From Octopus bimaculoides (lineage: Eukaryota): a stretch of DNA of 64,000 nt. Shown here in pieces: positions 1 through 13,689 of the stretch (position 1 is its first letter; each line of letters opens with the position of its first letter). The notes beneath the pieces were generated by a model that saw only the letters and a program-made list of their open reading frames with translations, was not told where the DNA came from and ran no database searches. The stretch covers positions 16,529,681 to 16,593,680 of the forward strand of contig NC_068984.1 of NCBI RefSeq assembly GCF_001194135.2, written 5' to 3'. Both the position numbers and the translations under genes were made by a program.

Positions 1-225
1 TTTGTTGGGAATAGCAACCATATCACTCTTATATTACCCTGCCATCTTAAAGAAAGTAACACATTAAATAGTGCAGTCCTTGATGCTCAGTACCTGAGTG
101 AAAGGATGGGATGGTCACGACTGGAACCCCTTTGATCATGGGCCTGCTTGATCATTGATCTTGGGCTTACTTGGAAATGGATGCGTGGTGTTCAATCATA
201 TAGTAATATAAATAATATATATACT

Positions 226-590
226 TACCAACCACATGGTTCCGGGTTCATTCCCACTGCGTGGCATCTTGGGCAAGTGTCTTCTACTATAGACTCAGGC
301 CGACCAAAGCCTTGTGAGTGGATTTGGTAGATGGAAACTGAAAGAAGCCCGTCGTATATATGTATGTATATATGTATGTGCGTGTGTGTGTTTGTGTGTC
401 TGTGTTTGAACCCCAACATCATTTGACAACCGATGCTGGTGTGTTTATGTCCCCGTAATGTAGCAGTTCGGCAAAAGAGACCAATAGAATAAGTACTAGG
501 CTTACAAAGAATAAGTCCTGGGGTCGATTTGCTCGACTAAAGGCAGTGTTCCAACATGGCCGCAGTCAAATGACTGAAACAAGTAATAGA

Positions 591-592
<2 letters not shown>
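226..592 (+). mobile_element. tRNA-derived SINE family A (octopus-type), representative copy
   Basis: Head ...ggttccgggttca.tcccactg, body cttgggcaagtgtcttctactatag, central (TA)/(TG) microsatellite, tail caaatgactgaaacaag. Related copies lie at about 3345(-), 5455, 8555, 12270, 14195(-), 20925, 30268, 31268, 45537, 51465, 54850(-), 56470 and 61100-62005(-). Confidence 0.8.
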
Positions 593-630
<38 letters not shown>

Positions 631-683
631 TAATTAAAATTTAACAAGCAAGATAGTAACTCAAGGGCCAAGTGTTTCATGTG

Positions 684-715
<32 letters not shown>

Positions 716-1525
716 TAGCTGGTCCTGTGCCATCAAAAATGATGGCTTATTGTAGTATTTTATATATAAATATGGATGGTAAATCATATTAATACAATTG
801 TCAATGTTCACATATATTCACATACTTCCCTTGTACATACACACATACACTCACACAGAGTTGAAACGCTGTTTGATCTTTCATTTCAGCTTTGAATGTT
901 CACCATCCCACCAGTTTACCATCGCTCCTTCCTTTCTCATTCATATGTTGTGATAGAGAAAAACACAAGAGTATTATTATAATAGATATACACGTGACTA
1001 ATGGCCTTCCTCTCTTTCTTCCACTTCCTTCCTAAAGACAAGACGTATTTTTATCTGTCTCTTCTCAAAGCTCGTTTTTCCAGCGATCACCACTTCACAT
1101 CGTCTTGGCTTAACAGCCCTCACCGTTTATTTTTACTGTTTTGTTCTCACTGTCCTGTTCTTGTTACCACTTACACCCTCTGCAAAAAATCCCAAATTTT
1201 ATTTAATTTGCTTTGCAGGAAGGACTGTTTTAATGAAGTTGTGTCTTGTCCTTACCTTCAAAACACAGAATAGATAAAACAGAGGACAACTGATGAAGGG
1301 AATGTTCTTTATGTTGCCTGTCTCGTTTCTCTGTTTGTTTTTTTTCCGTTGTTCAAAGAAAAGTTCGTTTTCTATGTTTTTGTTTTTTATGTTCTCATTT
1401 GTCATCCTGTCCACGTTTTTTTGATGTCCTGTACCCATATATGCATGTATATATACATATACATGTAGGTATGTACATATATGTATGTATAAATGCATAT
1501 ATTTATATATTATTTATATTATTAT

Positions 1526-1559
<34 letters not shown>

Positions 1560-2005
1560 TGATATTTTGACTCTCACCAACCATGAGCTGGAACCACAGA
1601 GATTACCTAACGCTACCTGGTGCATACCTTTTCAAGTACCTGATTCTATCTGAATTTGAATTCTATCTAAATCCTCATTTTACTATGCAGAGAATGTTAA
1701 GCTTTGGATAATTGCTGATAGAATGGATAGAACTCTCGACCTTATCATCGGGACCAAAACACCCTCACCACTAGGCTACAAGAAATAGATCTCCTTTGAT
1801 CATAAGTCTGATCGATCAGAATTCTAAACAACAACAACAACAGCAATGGAAGATTTCAAGAGGAACAATCTATTGATGCCAGTGGTTATTGTGCATGACA
1901 ATGCTAAGCACTCTCCATAGACAACAGCTCTTGTGAATCTCCTCCACAAATAGGAGAGGAATCTATATGGTCTTAAGTGCAGTCTTCATTCCCCATTGCA
2001 GCTCT

Positions 2006-2039
<34 letters not shown>

Positions 2040-2265
2040 GGAATAGTTACCATACTGTAGCAACTTCTGTTCAATAGATCTGCAAGCTTTCAGTTATGCA
2101 GTGGTAGAAGCACACACACACACACACAGTTATTCATGGATACATGTAAATCAAACACATCCATGTGTTAAATATTAACTATGTTTAGTGTAAATATTTG
2201 TCCTCTATCTTCTACAAAATGACTTGCAGTAACTAACTCTCTCTGTCTCTCTCTCTGTCTCTCTG

Positions 2266-2303
<38 letters not shown>

Positions 2304-2626
2304 CCTCCCACCATTGATTTCCTTAACCAACAATTTCTCTTGCTCTCTTTTTATCAAAATCTCAAATTATCCTGGTCGTAAGGTCATGTTTGTTTTGTTT
2401 CCCTGCCAGAGTATCTGTCCATTTTATGCAATTACCCAGTGTTTATCAATCTGTTTACATATACACACATGTATCTATGTCTGTGTGTATACATATACCT
2501 ACATATACATATATATGGCCTCTGCATGTGTATGTGTATAAACACACCCAAGCTCACACACGTTCATAATAGATATGGGTTGTGTGTATGCATGTGCGTG
2601 TGTGTGTATGTGTGTATATAGATACA

Positions 2627-2990
2627 TAAGGGAGAGTCCAAACTTATACACACTCTTGTTTTTCAATGTATTTACACAAAAGCAGGGGTTAAACAAGTAT
2701 ATCATTTTTCAATAGAGTCTCCTTCTTTTTCCATGCACTTGGTCCAGTGATCCATCAGCTTGTGTATTCCCTTCAAGAAGAAGATTTTCGGTTGGCTGTG
2801 CTACCATTTATGCATCAATTCCTTTACATCGTCATCCGTAGGAAATCAATGACCTTGTAAACCGTCTTTGAGCGGTCCAAAGATATGACAGTCAGAAGGG
2901 GTAAGATCTTGGCTGTAGACAGGGTACTCCAGCACCTCAAAACCCAATTAGTTAATGGTTTCAACGGTCCTGGCAGCAGTGTGTGGGTGT
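2627..2990 (-). mobile_element. Mariner transposase 3' relic
   Basis: The minus frame reads EVLEYPVYSQDLTPSDCHIFGPLKDGL...WTKCMEKEGDSIEK, with stops. Confidence 0.7.
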
Positions 2991-4430
2991 GCATTGTCAT
3001 GCAGCAACACAACTTTCTTTGACAATAGCTTCAGCGATTGGTGCAAATTGCTGGCTTCAGTTTGTTGGCCAACAAAGCACTGTATCTTACACCATTGATT
3101 GTACATTCCTTTTCCAGAGAAATTGGATCACTGCTCTTTGTTCTTCTTTGATGCACATTGCAAATGGAGTGGCCATACTTACACTATAAAGCCAGAAAGG
3201 AAAATGGCATGATCAGGCTCAAACTTAGATCACATGACCACAATAGTACCAACTCTAAGCACAAATGCACAGAAGGCAGTATAACAATAATAAAGATATG
3301 TTATGGTGAAAGGGCGGATAATTTTTGACTTCCTCTCGTATTCTTTTTTTTAGTCTTTTACTTGGTTCAATCATTTGACTGCAGCCATGCCAGAGCACCA
3401 CCTTTAGTCGAGAAAATTGACCCCCAAGACTTATTCTTTATAAACCTAGTACTTATTCTATCAGTTTCTTATTGCCGAACCGCTAAGTTACGGAGACGTA
3501 ATCACACCAACACCAGTTGTCAAGCAATGGTGAGGGGACAAACACAGACACATAAGCATATATATATATATATATATAGAAGTACTGGGATTGATGTAAT
3601 AGACTAACCCGTCCCCTCAAAATTACTGTCCTTATGCTTATATCAGAAATCATGTTTTTTCTTTAGAGCCAGCCATCGTCTACAAAAGAGTATAGTTTAG
3701 TAGTAAATACCATGCTTTCATAAATTGTTTTAGGTGTCTATGTTGTTGTGAGCAGACATAAACATCCTTTTGACTTTCCCGCCTTCTGACACTGTAACAC
3801 ATCTGAGCTGTGACAGCTGGAAGGAGAGAGGGAGAATGTTGCCCCAACACTTACCTTATACTCGTTTCAGGTGAGTAGACTGGAACAACATGAAATGGAG
3901 TGCAATATCTGTAACTAGACAGATGGATAGATGAAGAGATAGATCAATCGATCAATAAACAGATAGATAGATAGATAGATAGATAGATAAACAGATGGAT
4001 GGGCAAGCAGATCAATAAGAGAGAGAGATAAACAGATAGATACGTAAAGAAATAGGTAGCGCTACTTTAGAACGCTGTGAGCTCTGAAACTATTACGCAA
4101 TGATGTATCTATTTCAGAAGCAAAACATAGCAACTAAAACGAGTCATTTCCTCTCTCTCTTTTATGTTAAACAAAAAAATGAAAGGTAGTCAAGACAAAA
4201 TAATAATAATAATAATAAATAAATAAATTGAAAAATTGAAACATAAAAGATAAAAGATTTAAAAATTCATAAAATGTTTTACATAACATGAGGAAAACTG
4301 ATTTCTGACATATTTTGAGAAAATGACAAATGTGTTAGAAGTTTATCAATGACATTGGGAAGTGAAAGAAAGAGACTATCTTAGATATGCTCTCATTCTC
4401 TCTCTCCCTCTTTCCCTCAATCTATCTACC

Positions 4431-4580
4431 TATCTATCTCACTATCTGTCTATCTCACTATCTGTCTATCTCACTATCTGTCTATCTCACTATCTATCTA
4501 TCTCACTATCTATCTATCTCACTATCTGTCTATCTCACTATCTGTCTATCTCACTATCTGTCTATCTCACTATCTATCTA
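4431..4580. repeat. 16-bp minisatellite derived from (TCTA)n
   Basis: Tandem tctatctcactatctg units. Confidence 0.9.
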
Positions 4581-6000
4581 TTTATCTATCTATCTAGCTA
4601 TCTATCTATTCATTCATCTATCTCTCTAACGAGCTACCAATGTCTGACTGTCTGTCTATCTGTCTCAGCAAATGACTTTCCAACAGTTTTGATGCTAACT
4701 ATTCCAGTTATTCAATCAACTGAACTCCTTTCTCATTGNNNNNNNNNNCTTTCCAACAGTTTTGATGCTAACTATTCCAGTTATTCAATCAACTGAACTC
4801 CTTTCTCATTGAATCAGTATCTAAGTAGCAGAGTAGTTTACAGACACCAGTACCTTCAACATAATTCTTAGTCAGAATCTGCATGATACAGTGTGTGTGT
4901 GTGTCATGAGGCTGAATCTTTGAGTTACAGGTACAATCCATCCAACAACCAGGAGATAAGCTTCCATACAGTTTCCATCCACCCAATTTTATTCACGAGG
5001 CTTATGGGAAAAGACACCTGCCTATGATGCTGTGGGATCAAACCTGGGACTTTGTAATTGAGAAACAAAACCTTCAATTCCTGGACCAGGCTGTGTGTTG
5101 TGTTCTTGAGCAAGACACTTTATTGCATGTTGCTCCAGTTCACTCAGCTGTTGAAATGAGTTTTCAATGTCACTTTGCCTTTTGCTTGGATAACATTGGT
5201 GGCATGGAGAGGGGAGGCTGATATGCATGGACGACTGCTGGTCTTTCATAAACAACCTTGCCTGAACTTGTGTCTTGGAGGGTAACTTTCCAGGTGCAAT
5301 CTCATCATCATTCATAACTGAAGAGTGTCCTTAGGTGAAGAGTTTACCTATGTTGTTCGATATACCTGTATTTGTCTATGTTGCTTAAATATATGCCACA
5401 GACCTCTTTGAGTTATTTCTCTCCACTCGTTTTTGCTTAAATTATGTGAATAGGTGCAGGTGTGGCTGTGTGACAAGAAGTTTGCTTCGCAAATGAATGG
5501 TTTCAGGTTCAGTCCCACTGTGTGGCACTTTGAATAAGTGTCTTCTACTGTAGTCCTGGGCTAACCATAGCTTTGTGAGTGGATGTGGTAGATGGAAACT
5601 GAAGGAAGCCTGTTATGTATGTTGGTGCTCCCCCCCCCACCACCACCACCACCACTTGACAACTGGTGCTGGTTTGTTTACATCTGTAACTTAATAGTTC
5701 AGCATAAGAGATTGACAGAATAAATATCAGGTTTCAAAAAAAAGAAGTATTAGGGTTGATTTGTTCAACTAAAACCCCTCAAGGCAGTGCCCCAGCATGA
5801 GTGAAACAAGTAAAAAATAAAAGGTAAATTACGTAGGCCATTAATGTTCTCTACTCGTTTTTGTATGTCCGAGTCTTTTTGCTACAGGAGATAAGGACAG
5901 ACAGTTGTTGTACTGATGAAGGCTAATGAGCCAGAAACATGTTCATGACTGTCCTCTTATCTCCAGACAATAAGCCTGTTCTTTTTCTTAAAGGTATGTC

Positions 6001-6225
6001 TCATCATCATCATCATCATCGTCGTTTAACGTCTGCTTTCCATGCTAGCATGGGTTGGACGATTTGACTGAGGACTGGCGAACCAGAAGGCTGCACCAGG
6101 CTCCAATCTGGTCTGGCAGATTTTCTACAGCTGGATGCCCTTCCTAATGCCAACCACTCCGAGAGTGTAGTGGGTGCTTTTACGTGCCACCAGCACGAGG
6201 GCCAGTCAGGCAGTACTGGCAATGG
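6001..6225 (-). mobile_element. 5'-truncated RTE LINE tail (representative copy)
   Basis: (CAT)n-cgtttaacgtc...catgctagcatgggttggacgatttgactgag... Other copies lie at about 10820, 11390, 12530, 21767, 22500, 24600, 27700, 34190, 38840, 51601, 53378 and 53716. Confidence 0.8.
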
Positions 6226-6822
6226 TCTATTTTGAAGAATTCTTGAATCTTGAGGTTACCTCCCCTTCTCAAGTGAAGCTGGTCTTAATTGTCATTTGGT
6301 AATTATGACACATCCTCCAGAGGCAGAAGTAATTTTAATAAACCAAGAATTTATTTTGTATGATATTCAATATAACTGAATTTGTCTATGTTCCTCAAAA
6401 AAACTTTGTTTTCTCTCTTCTTTTCTTTCTCAGCGAAGGACAATAGATTACAACTCATCAATGCAAACTAACTAGATATTTTCCGAAATCCATTTCTCAG
6501 AGCATTGTAGTATATATTTCCAGATCAAATACTGCCTAGAATAAAGCATAACATTGATGAAGGGGTGTGAATTCCCTAAGCCTCCAATTGATCAACAGGT
6601 GCTGCTGTACTCGATCAGCTCTGATGACTTGCATTGATTGACCAAACCAAAGAGGTATCTTCCGTATCTATATATATAACCCCTTACTTATATGACCCAG
6701 TGACAGAGCATCTACATCAGTGGTTCCCACCCACATTTTATCTATGGACCCCTTTGATTACTATTTTATTCAGGTGCCTATGCCTCTAGCCATTCATTGT
6801 TTAATAACTAATATTATAGATA

Positions 6823-7208
6823 TACATTATTTACATTTGATGGATATTTATCCTCATCTTGTTTTTGTTGTTAACACAACGTTTCGGCTGATATACCCTC
6901 CAGCCTTCATCAGGTGTCTTGAGGAAATTTCGAACTTGAGTTCTCATTCCTAGTGGTTAAGAGCACGGACTACTAACCCCAAGATTCCAAGTTCGATTCT
7001 AGGCAGTGACCTGAATAATGATAATAATAATAACATCGAAAAATACTTTAGGAATGAGAACCCAGGTTCCAAATTTCCCCCAAGGCACCCGATGAAGGCT
7101 GGAGGGTATATTAGCCGAAACGTTGTGTTAACAACAAACAAGATGAGGACAAATATCCGTCAAATGTAAATAATGTACATAATTCCTCATCTCTTAAATA
7201 TAGAACTG
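6823..7208 (+). mobile_element. tRNA-headed SINE with Penelope-type hammerhead tail and 5' inverted duplication
   Basis: tRNA-like head from 6951 (tagtggttaagagc...gttcgattc), an (AAT)n spacer, and a tail with CYGATGA...GAAAC. 6823-6952 is an inverted copy of 7049-7177. The direct repeat TAATATTATAGATA at 6809-6822 and 7209-7222 is the TSD. Confidence 0.8.
6873..6918 (-). ncRNA. Minimal type I hammerhead ribozyme motif
   Basis: Minus strand reads GACAC CUGAUGA A GGCUG-(10 nt)-CAGCC GAA ACGUU^GUGUU. Stem I is 5 bp with one G-U pair, stem II is 5 bp, stem III is palindromic. Activity untested. Confidence 0.65.
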
Positions 7209-7304
7209 TAATATTATAGATACTTATTTCAAAATTGTTACTTTGCTCATCACGCATTCACTGATGTAGTTTGAACTATGTAAAACATCAAATACATTTA
7301 AAGC

Positions 7305-7410
7305 AAAATTTTTTCATGGACCCATAAAATACTGTTGTGGACCCTATTTACTATTTTGCTTTTTTGGACCCCCAAAATCTTATATGGACCCTGGTTGAGA
7401 ACCACTGACC
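7305..7410. mobile_element. hAT MITE end fragment
   Basis: Ends in ggttgagaaccactg (a CAGTGGTTCTCAACC-type TIR), preceded by four TGGACCC subterminal repeats. Confidence 0.5.
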
Positions 7411-9074
7411 CACATCATCACTTAATATGTTAGAAATAGCAGTCAAATCTCCCTCAAACAACACTCTTTACCATCTTAAAACAGAAAGGACATGTTGGAT
7501 AATGTAGGCTGGGAAAACACAGGACGATTACGCCTATTATACCTTTGACATGAAAAGTCTGTGGCTCAGTGATCAGCATATTCAGCTCACAATTGTAAGG
7601 TTGTGAGTTCAATTCACAGTGATGCACTGTCTCTGAGCCAGACACTTTATTTCACATAGCTCCCATCCATTCAGCTGGCAAAAATGTATTTGTACTTGTA
7701 ATTCAAAGGGCCCAGCCTTGTCGCATTCTGTGTCATGTTGCATCTCCCTGAGAACTACATTAAAAGCATGCATTTCTGTGGAGTGCTCAGTCACTTGCAC
7801 ATTAATTTCATGAGCAAGCTGTTCGGCTGATCAAATTAACTGAAATGCTCGTTGTTGTAACCAATGGAGACCCAGGCCACCTTTGACCTAGGCCTAATCT
7901 GTCAAGGATCACCTGGGTCCAAACAATATCATCAAGGATAGACTGGATATTTAATCATAGCCAACATATCTGCTCATTATATCAGATATACATAACCCTT
8001 TATTTTTTTTTCTTCGTTTCATTAATAACTAACTCTTAAAGCTATTAAATTCATTGCATCACAGTTGTCAGTGAGAATATTTTATTATCGTTCCTTTCTT
8101 GACCCACTCTACCTTCACAGCACCAGGAACACGAATAAATATCAATGAATAAAAACAGGCTTCCATAAAATCATTAGCTTCTTTGTTTATTATTGTTGTT
8201 GTTGTTGTTGTTTTAAAATAATTCTCTGAAAATGGGGAATAAAATTTTCCAAATCATCAGATTTGAATTATATTTTTTTTTAAATTTGCATAATGAACTC
8301 AAATTTCAGTATTGGTAAATTGAATGGTAGAATTCTCTTGAGGCTAATGTTTGAATGTTGTCAAAAAAAAAAAAAAATCTCTTGTTGTATTAAACAAACA
8401 CTAAAAAGCACAAAAATATGGTAAAATGGAATGATCAAGAATTATCAAATGCTGCTGATTTATGAAAATAAAAGGAATCAAAGAGAAATTCGCATATTGA
8501 AAGATTTGTAAATTATCTGTGAAACTGTTGCAAAAGTTAGAAATAAAAGGTGCAAGTATGGCTGTGTGGTTAAGAAGCTTACTTGACAACCTTGTGGTTT
8601 CAGGTTCAGTCCCACCAGTGAGCACTTTGGGCAGATGTCTTCTATTATAACCCTGGGTCGACCAATGCTTTGTGAACGAATTTGGTTGATGGAAATTGTG
8701 TGGAAGCCCATTGTATTTATATGTGTGTGTATTCTTGTGTTTGGTTTGTCTCTTAAGCCACTGATTGACAACCAGTGTTGGTTGATTTATGTTATTGTAA
8801 CTTAACAGTTTGGCAAAAGGGATTGATAGAACAAGTGCCAGTATTTAAAAAATAGAAGGCCAGCAATTTCAGAGGAGGGATTAAAAGGATCACATCAACC
8901 CCAGTGTTCAGCTGGTATTTATTTTATCAACTCTGAAAGGATAAAAGGCAAAGTCAACCTTGGCAGCATTTGAACTTAGACCATAAAGACAGACAAAATG
9001 TGACAAAGCTATTTGCCTGGCATGCCAATGGTTCTGCCAGGTTACTGCCTTAATAATAATATTAATAACAACAA

Positions 9075-9437
9075 GAGCACTCAAAGAGCGCAAGCCTCTG
9101 CCAAGACAATACCAACGTCCTCTCAACAATTAGCCAGAGATGATTTTTAAAATGAGAATATCTGAAATAAACTTGATTATTCTCATGAACAAGAATAGTA
9201 AAAATGAACCCAACTGCTCTCAATAATTAAGTAATAAAAACGGGAAAATAATCCAGAATTTTTGTCCAATATTGGATCAATCCGAAAATTTAATCAGTTT
9301 GTACCAGTCGCATGGCCAAACCTCCCTGAAAGTTTCATCCAAATCCAACCAGCAGTTCTTGAGATATCTTGTCTCCAGACAAACAGACAAACATGACCGA
9401 AAACAATACCTCTGCCTTTGCTAAGGTGGAGGTAATA
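9075..9437. mobile_element. Helentron-type non-autonomous element (HINE/DINE-like)
   Basis: 5' cctctgccaag motif, aaagtttcatccaaatcc, an (AGAC/AAAC) microsatellite, and a 3' hairpin tacctctgcctttgctaaggtggaggta. Confidence 0.55.
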
Positions 9438-9510
9438 ATAATAATAATAATAATGATAATAATCAGCAAAACAACATTTATGCATCTGTCTGTCTATATA
9501 GTCATTTATT

Positions 9511-9582
<72 letters not shown>

Positions 9583-9899
9583 TTTTCAAAATAAATCTAA
9601 TTTGGTTAACAAAATATTAGATTATGATAAATGAAAGAACAAGATACAAAATTGATGACAGAAAAATGCTGAACTAAAGTTGGCAAATATTTCATTTAAT
9701 AAAATAGAAGTCAGCTGTTGTTAAAATAAAGATAATTCTTCCTGAAATTTAGAATTGCAATTATTTTACTAAATTTCATTAAAATAATTTTACAGTTTAA
9801 AGTAGGCGATATATATGCCAACAATAACCAGAATTCTTTGCATAGAAAATTTATTGAAACATGGAAAGTATGAATGTCTGATATGTCTTTAAAGAGGAC

Positions 9900-10230
9900 A
9901 TTACAATGGTGAGATGAAAATTGGCGGTAGACCTCATGGATATCTAAAATTTCATTTTCATAACCATTCCAAGTGGTCTCTCATTTTATGCGGTGTTCCT
10001 CCCAGTTGGTTAGAGGCCCTGGCTGTTAACCAGAAGGCATGGAAGTCTGTGTGCGATGCTGAATCTGAGCCCTTTGAAACTGAATGCAGGGGACTGTGTG
10101 AAGAGAGGAGAAGATGCTGTCATCAACACCCAGTGGCTGTTGTTTGGGTTCACTTTGAGTGTCCTGAGTACCACAGGATCTGTCTATTTCATATCAGTCT
10201 TATCAGCTACATCCACTTCCAGTGCTGGAT
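9900..10230 (+). mobile_element. RTE (BovB-like) LINE 3' coding relic
   Basis: GGRPH...CGVPPSWLEALAVNQKAWK...FECPEYHRIC resembles the RTE C-terminal zinc-finger region. Confidence 0.6.
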
Positions 10231-11906
10231 TAACCATTAAGCAAAATAAGCACATGCTTAGGGCATGAAGGGAAGGAGAGGGGCACCACAGAAATGGTTT
10301 ACAGCACAAAAGAAATCACTTTAAACTTGCTAAAATAATATTCAGGATGCTTTTATCTCTGCTAAGTATAGATGTGTGCGCGCGCGTGTGCGTGTGTGCG
10401 TGTGTNNNNNNNNNNNNNNNNNNNNNNNNNNNNNNNNNNNNNNNNNNNNNNNNNNNNNNNNNNNNNNNNNNNNNNNNNNNNNNNNNNNNNNNNNNNNNNN
10501 NNNNNTGTGTGTGTGTGTGTGTGTGTGCAGGCACGTGATCTAGCAGTTAAGATGTTGCACTCATCATCAGGAGATCATTGTTTCAATTCCTGGATCAGGT
10601 GGTGCATTATGTTCTTGAGCAAAACACTTCATCTCACATTACTCTGTGATCACTTCAATACCTGATGTGTGATATACTGTGTACCTGTTCAGGTGACATC
10701 AAATTGATGGAAGGAGTGATCTAATGTACAGCACATGCATTAGATTGCTATAAACAAATCATTAGTGTAAGTCATTCAGCAAAAACTGAATGCTCATATG
10801 CCACCTTTGATAGCAGATTCCATCATATATCATCATCATCATCATTTAACGTCCACTTGCCATGCTGGCATGGGTTAGACAGTTTCACTGGAATTGATGA
10901 GCCAGAGAGCTGCACCAGGTTCCAGTCTGATCTGGCAAGGTTTTTACAGCTAGATGCTCTTCCTAACACCAACCACTCCAGGAGTATAATGGGTGCTTTT
11001 ACGTGCCACTAGCATGAGTGCCATTTACGTGACACCAGCATTGACCATGACTATGATTCATGGGTGCCATTTGCATGGCACCGGCAGCAACCACAACTAC
11101 AATTCATGGGTACCATTTACATAGCACTGTCAAGGACCACGACTATGATTATGATTCACAGGTACCATTTACAANNNNNNNNNNNNNNNNNNNNNNNNNN
11201 NNNNNNNNNNNNNNNNNNNNNNNNNNNNNNNNNNNNNNNNNNNNNNNNNNNNNNNNNNNNNNNNNNNNNNNNNNNNNNNNNNNNNNNNNNNNNNNNNNNN
11301 NNNNGGCCTGATGAGTCTTCTCATGCACAGCATATCACCAGAGGTCTATACAGGCACACACACACACACACACACATCATGATCATCATAATCGATTAGC
11401 GTCTGCCTTCCATGCTAGTATGGGTTGGACGACTTGACTGAGGACTGGTGAAACCAGATGGCTGCACCAGGCCCCAATCTGATGTGGCAGTGTTTCTACA
11501 GCTGGATGTCCTTCCTAACGCCAACCACTCCAAGAGTGTAGTGGGTGCTTTTACATGCCACCGGCACGAAGGCCAGTCAGGCGGTACTGGCAATGCCCAC
11601 GCTCAAAATGGTGTATTTTACGTGCCACCTGCACAGGAGCCAGTCCAGCGGCAATGGCAACAACTTCGCTCGATGTTATGTATGCTTATAATATTTTTAG
11701 CAATTTAATTTAATTTTATAATTGATTCCATTCAATACACTTGACAAACAACTTTGAATACATTTGCATGTGTATACATTACCATGATAAAACTCCAAGT
11801 TTTATTATAACAACCAAATAACTGTCACATATTATATTACAGATAAATTCCTCTATTTACATAATATTGAGGTCTCATTCATTCTTTTGTTGTCATACCA
11901 TTACTA

Positions 11907-11951
<45 letters not shown>

Positions 11952-13689
11952 AAACTTATCCCTCTTGTATAAATGTGTGCATGGGTGGGTGTGTGGGTAT
12001 ATGTGTAGGTGTGTACCTTGTTTTGACATCACATGATGATTGTAGAGGAGTGTCATCATTAAACAAAAAGGTCTTTTATTTCCAGTCTTTAATGTAAAAC
12101 CTGTCTGGCCAAGGAGAAATGTTACCTGGCTAAGAAACAGGTAAGGATTAGCCACAAAAAGAACATCCAGCCATAGAAAATCCACCACAACAAATTCTGT
12201 CTGACCTATAAAAGCATGGAAAAGTCAATATTAAAACGACGATGATGATCAATTTTTTCTACACAAGCATTGCTGCGTGGTAAGAAGCTTACATGCTAAT
12301 CACATGGGTCTGGGTTCAGTCCTACTGTGTGGCACTATGGGCAAGTATCTTCTACTGTAACTTTAGGCCAATCAAAGCCTTGTGAGTGGATTTGGTAAAT
12401 GGAAACTAAAAGAAGCCCATCATGTGTGTGTCTGTGTTTGTCCCCCACCATTACTTGACAACTGGTGTTGGTGCGTTTTACATCCTTGTAACTTAGGGGT
12501 TTGGAAAAAGTGCCTGATAGAAATAATACCATGGGTTGGACGATTTGACTGAGGACTGGTGAACCAGATGGCTGCACCAAGCTCCAATCTGATCTAGCAG
12601 AGTTTCTACAGCTGGATGCCCTTCCTAATGCCAACCATTCCGAGAGTGTAGTGGGTGCTTTTAAGTGCCACCAGCATGAGGGCCAGTCAGGCGGTACTGG
12701 CAACAGCCACACTCAAAATGGTGTTTTTTACGTGCCACCTCCACAGGAGCCAGTCCAGCGGCACTGGCAATGACCTCGCTTGAATGCTTTTTCACGTGTC
12801 ACCAGCACAAGTGCCAGTAAGGCGACACTGGTACTCACTGACTATTCACCTAAAGTCTTGCTAATGCATAATGCCAATTTGATGGCTACTATGCACTAGA
12901 TGATGATGCTGATGTTGATGATGATGATGATGACAGTACTTCCAATATCAACTTAATAACTGAAACATTATTTTACAAAATCTCTCAAAATTTTTGGTTA
13001 TTTTCAAAATTAATTGATACACAAAGAGACAGTTTTTCATTATAGAATTATAGTCACAAAATGGTTAATGTGTTAAACAGATTTGTATTATGACTGCTGA
13101 CATATAATAACAGTATCTTTATATTATATATTTTATTGATTCACACTAAAGCCAGTGCTTTGGTTTCATTAAATTCCTTGAACTTAGCTGAAACGTGCTA
13201 TATTATGAGAAATGTCTCAGTTCTAATGAAATTGTCATATAATACCAGACAGAAGGAAAAAAATATTGATCCCATTAAGCATGTAAAAAATTTATTGATT
13301 AATATTAAAATTAGAATGATGAGTTTAAGAAATATAGAGGAATAAAGCTACTTGGTAGCTAAAATATCTGACAAAGCAACAGATGTTTGCCAGATGAAGA
13401 GATATTGTAAAGCTTATATTTACAATTGTATTCTCAATAATGAATACAGAGAAATTCCAAAAAAAGTAAAGTGATATAAAAGAATGGTCAATTTAAAATT
13501 CTTTAATCTTGGACAATAATTTTCTTAGGAATAAAAGAGAGTGCTTTCCAAAGATATTTCATTATAACCACTTTTAATTATACATATTTTACCATTTACT
13601 GGATATGGCATATATATCCACCAACGATTCATTTTACCATAAAATAAAGAATTTTAGGTTTGAGTTAATGAAACTTTACAGGTTAGTTG

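Noticed and set aside
1285-1335. CTGATGAAGGG resembling a hammerhead start
   Set aside because: No GAAA follows a convincing stem II on the same strand.
3860-3880. Strong donor CAG|GTGAGT as a possible GRDP 5' UTR exon end
   Set aside because: It appears to lie within SINE-like repeat sequence, with no independent support.
4676-4811. ~60-bp direct duplication either side of a 10-N gap
   Set aside because: Typical overlap of contig ends at a scaffold gap, so most likely an assembly artefact.
6550-6630. TTGATGAAGGGG..CCC and a nearby CTGATGA
   Set aside because: The core is incomplete (no C3, no GAAA). It may be a relic but cannot be supported.
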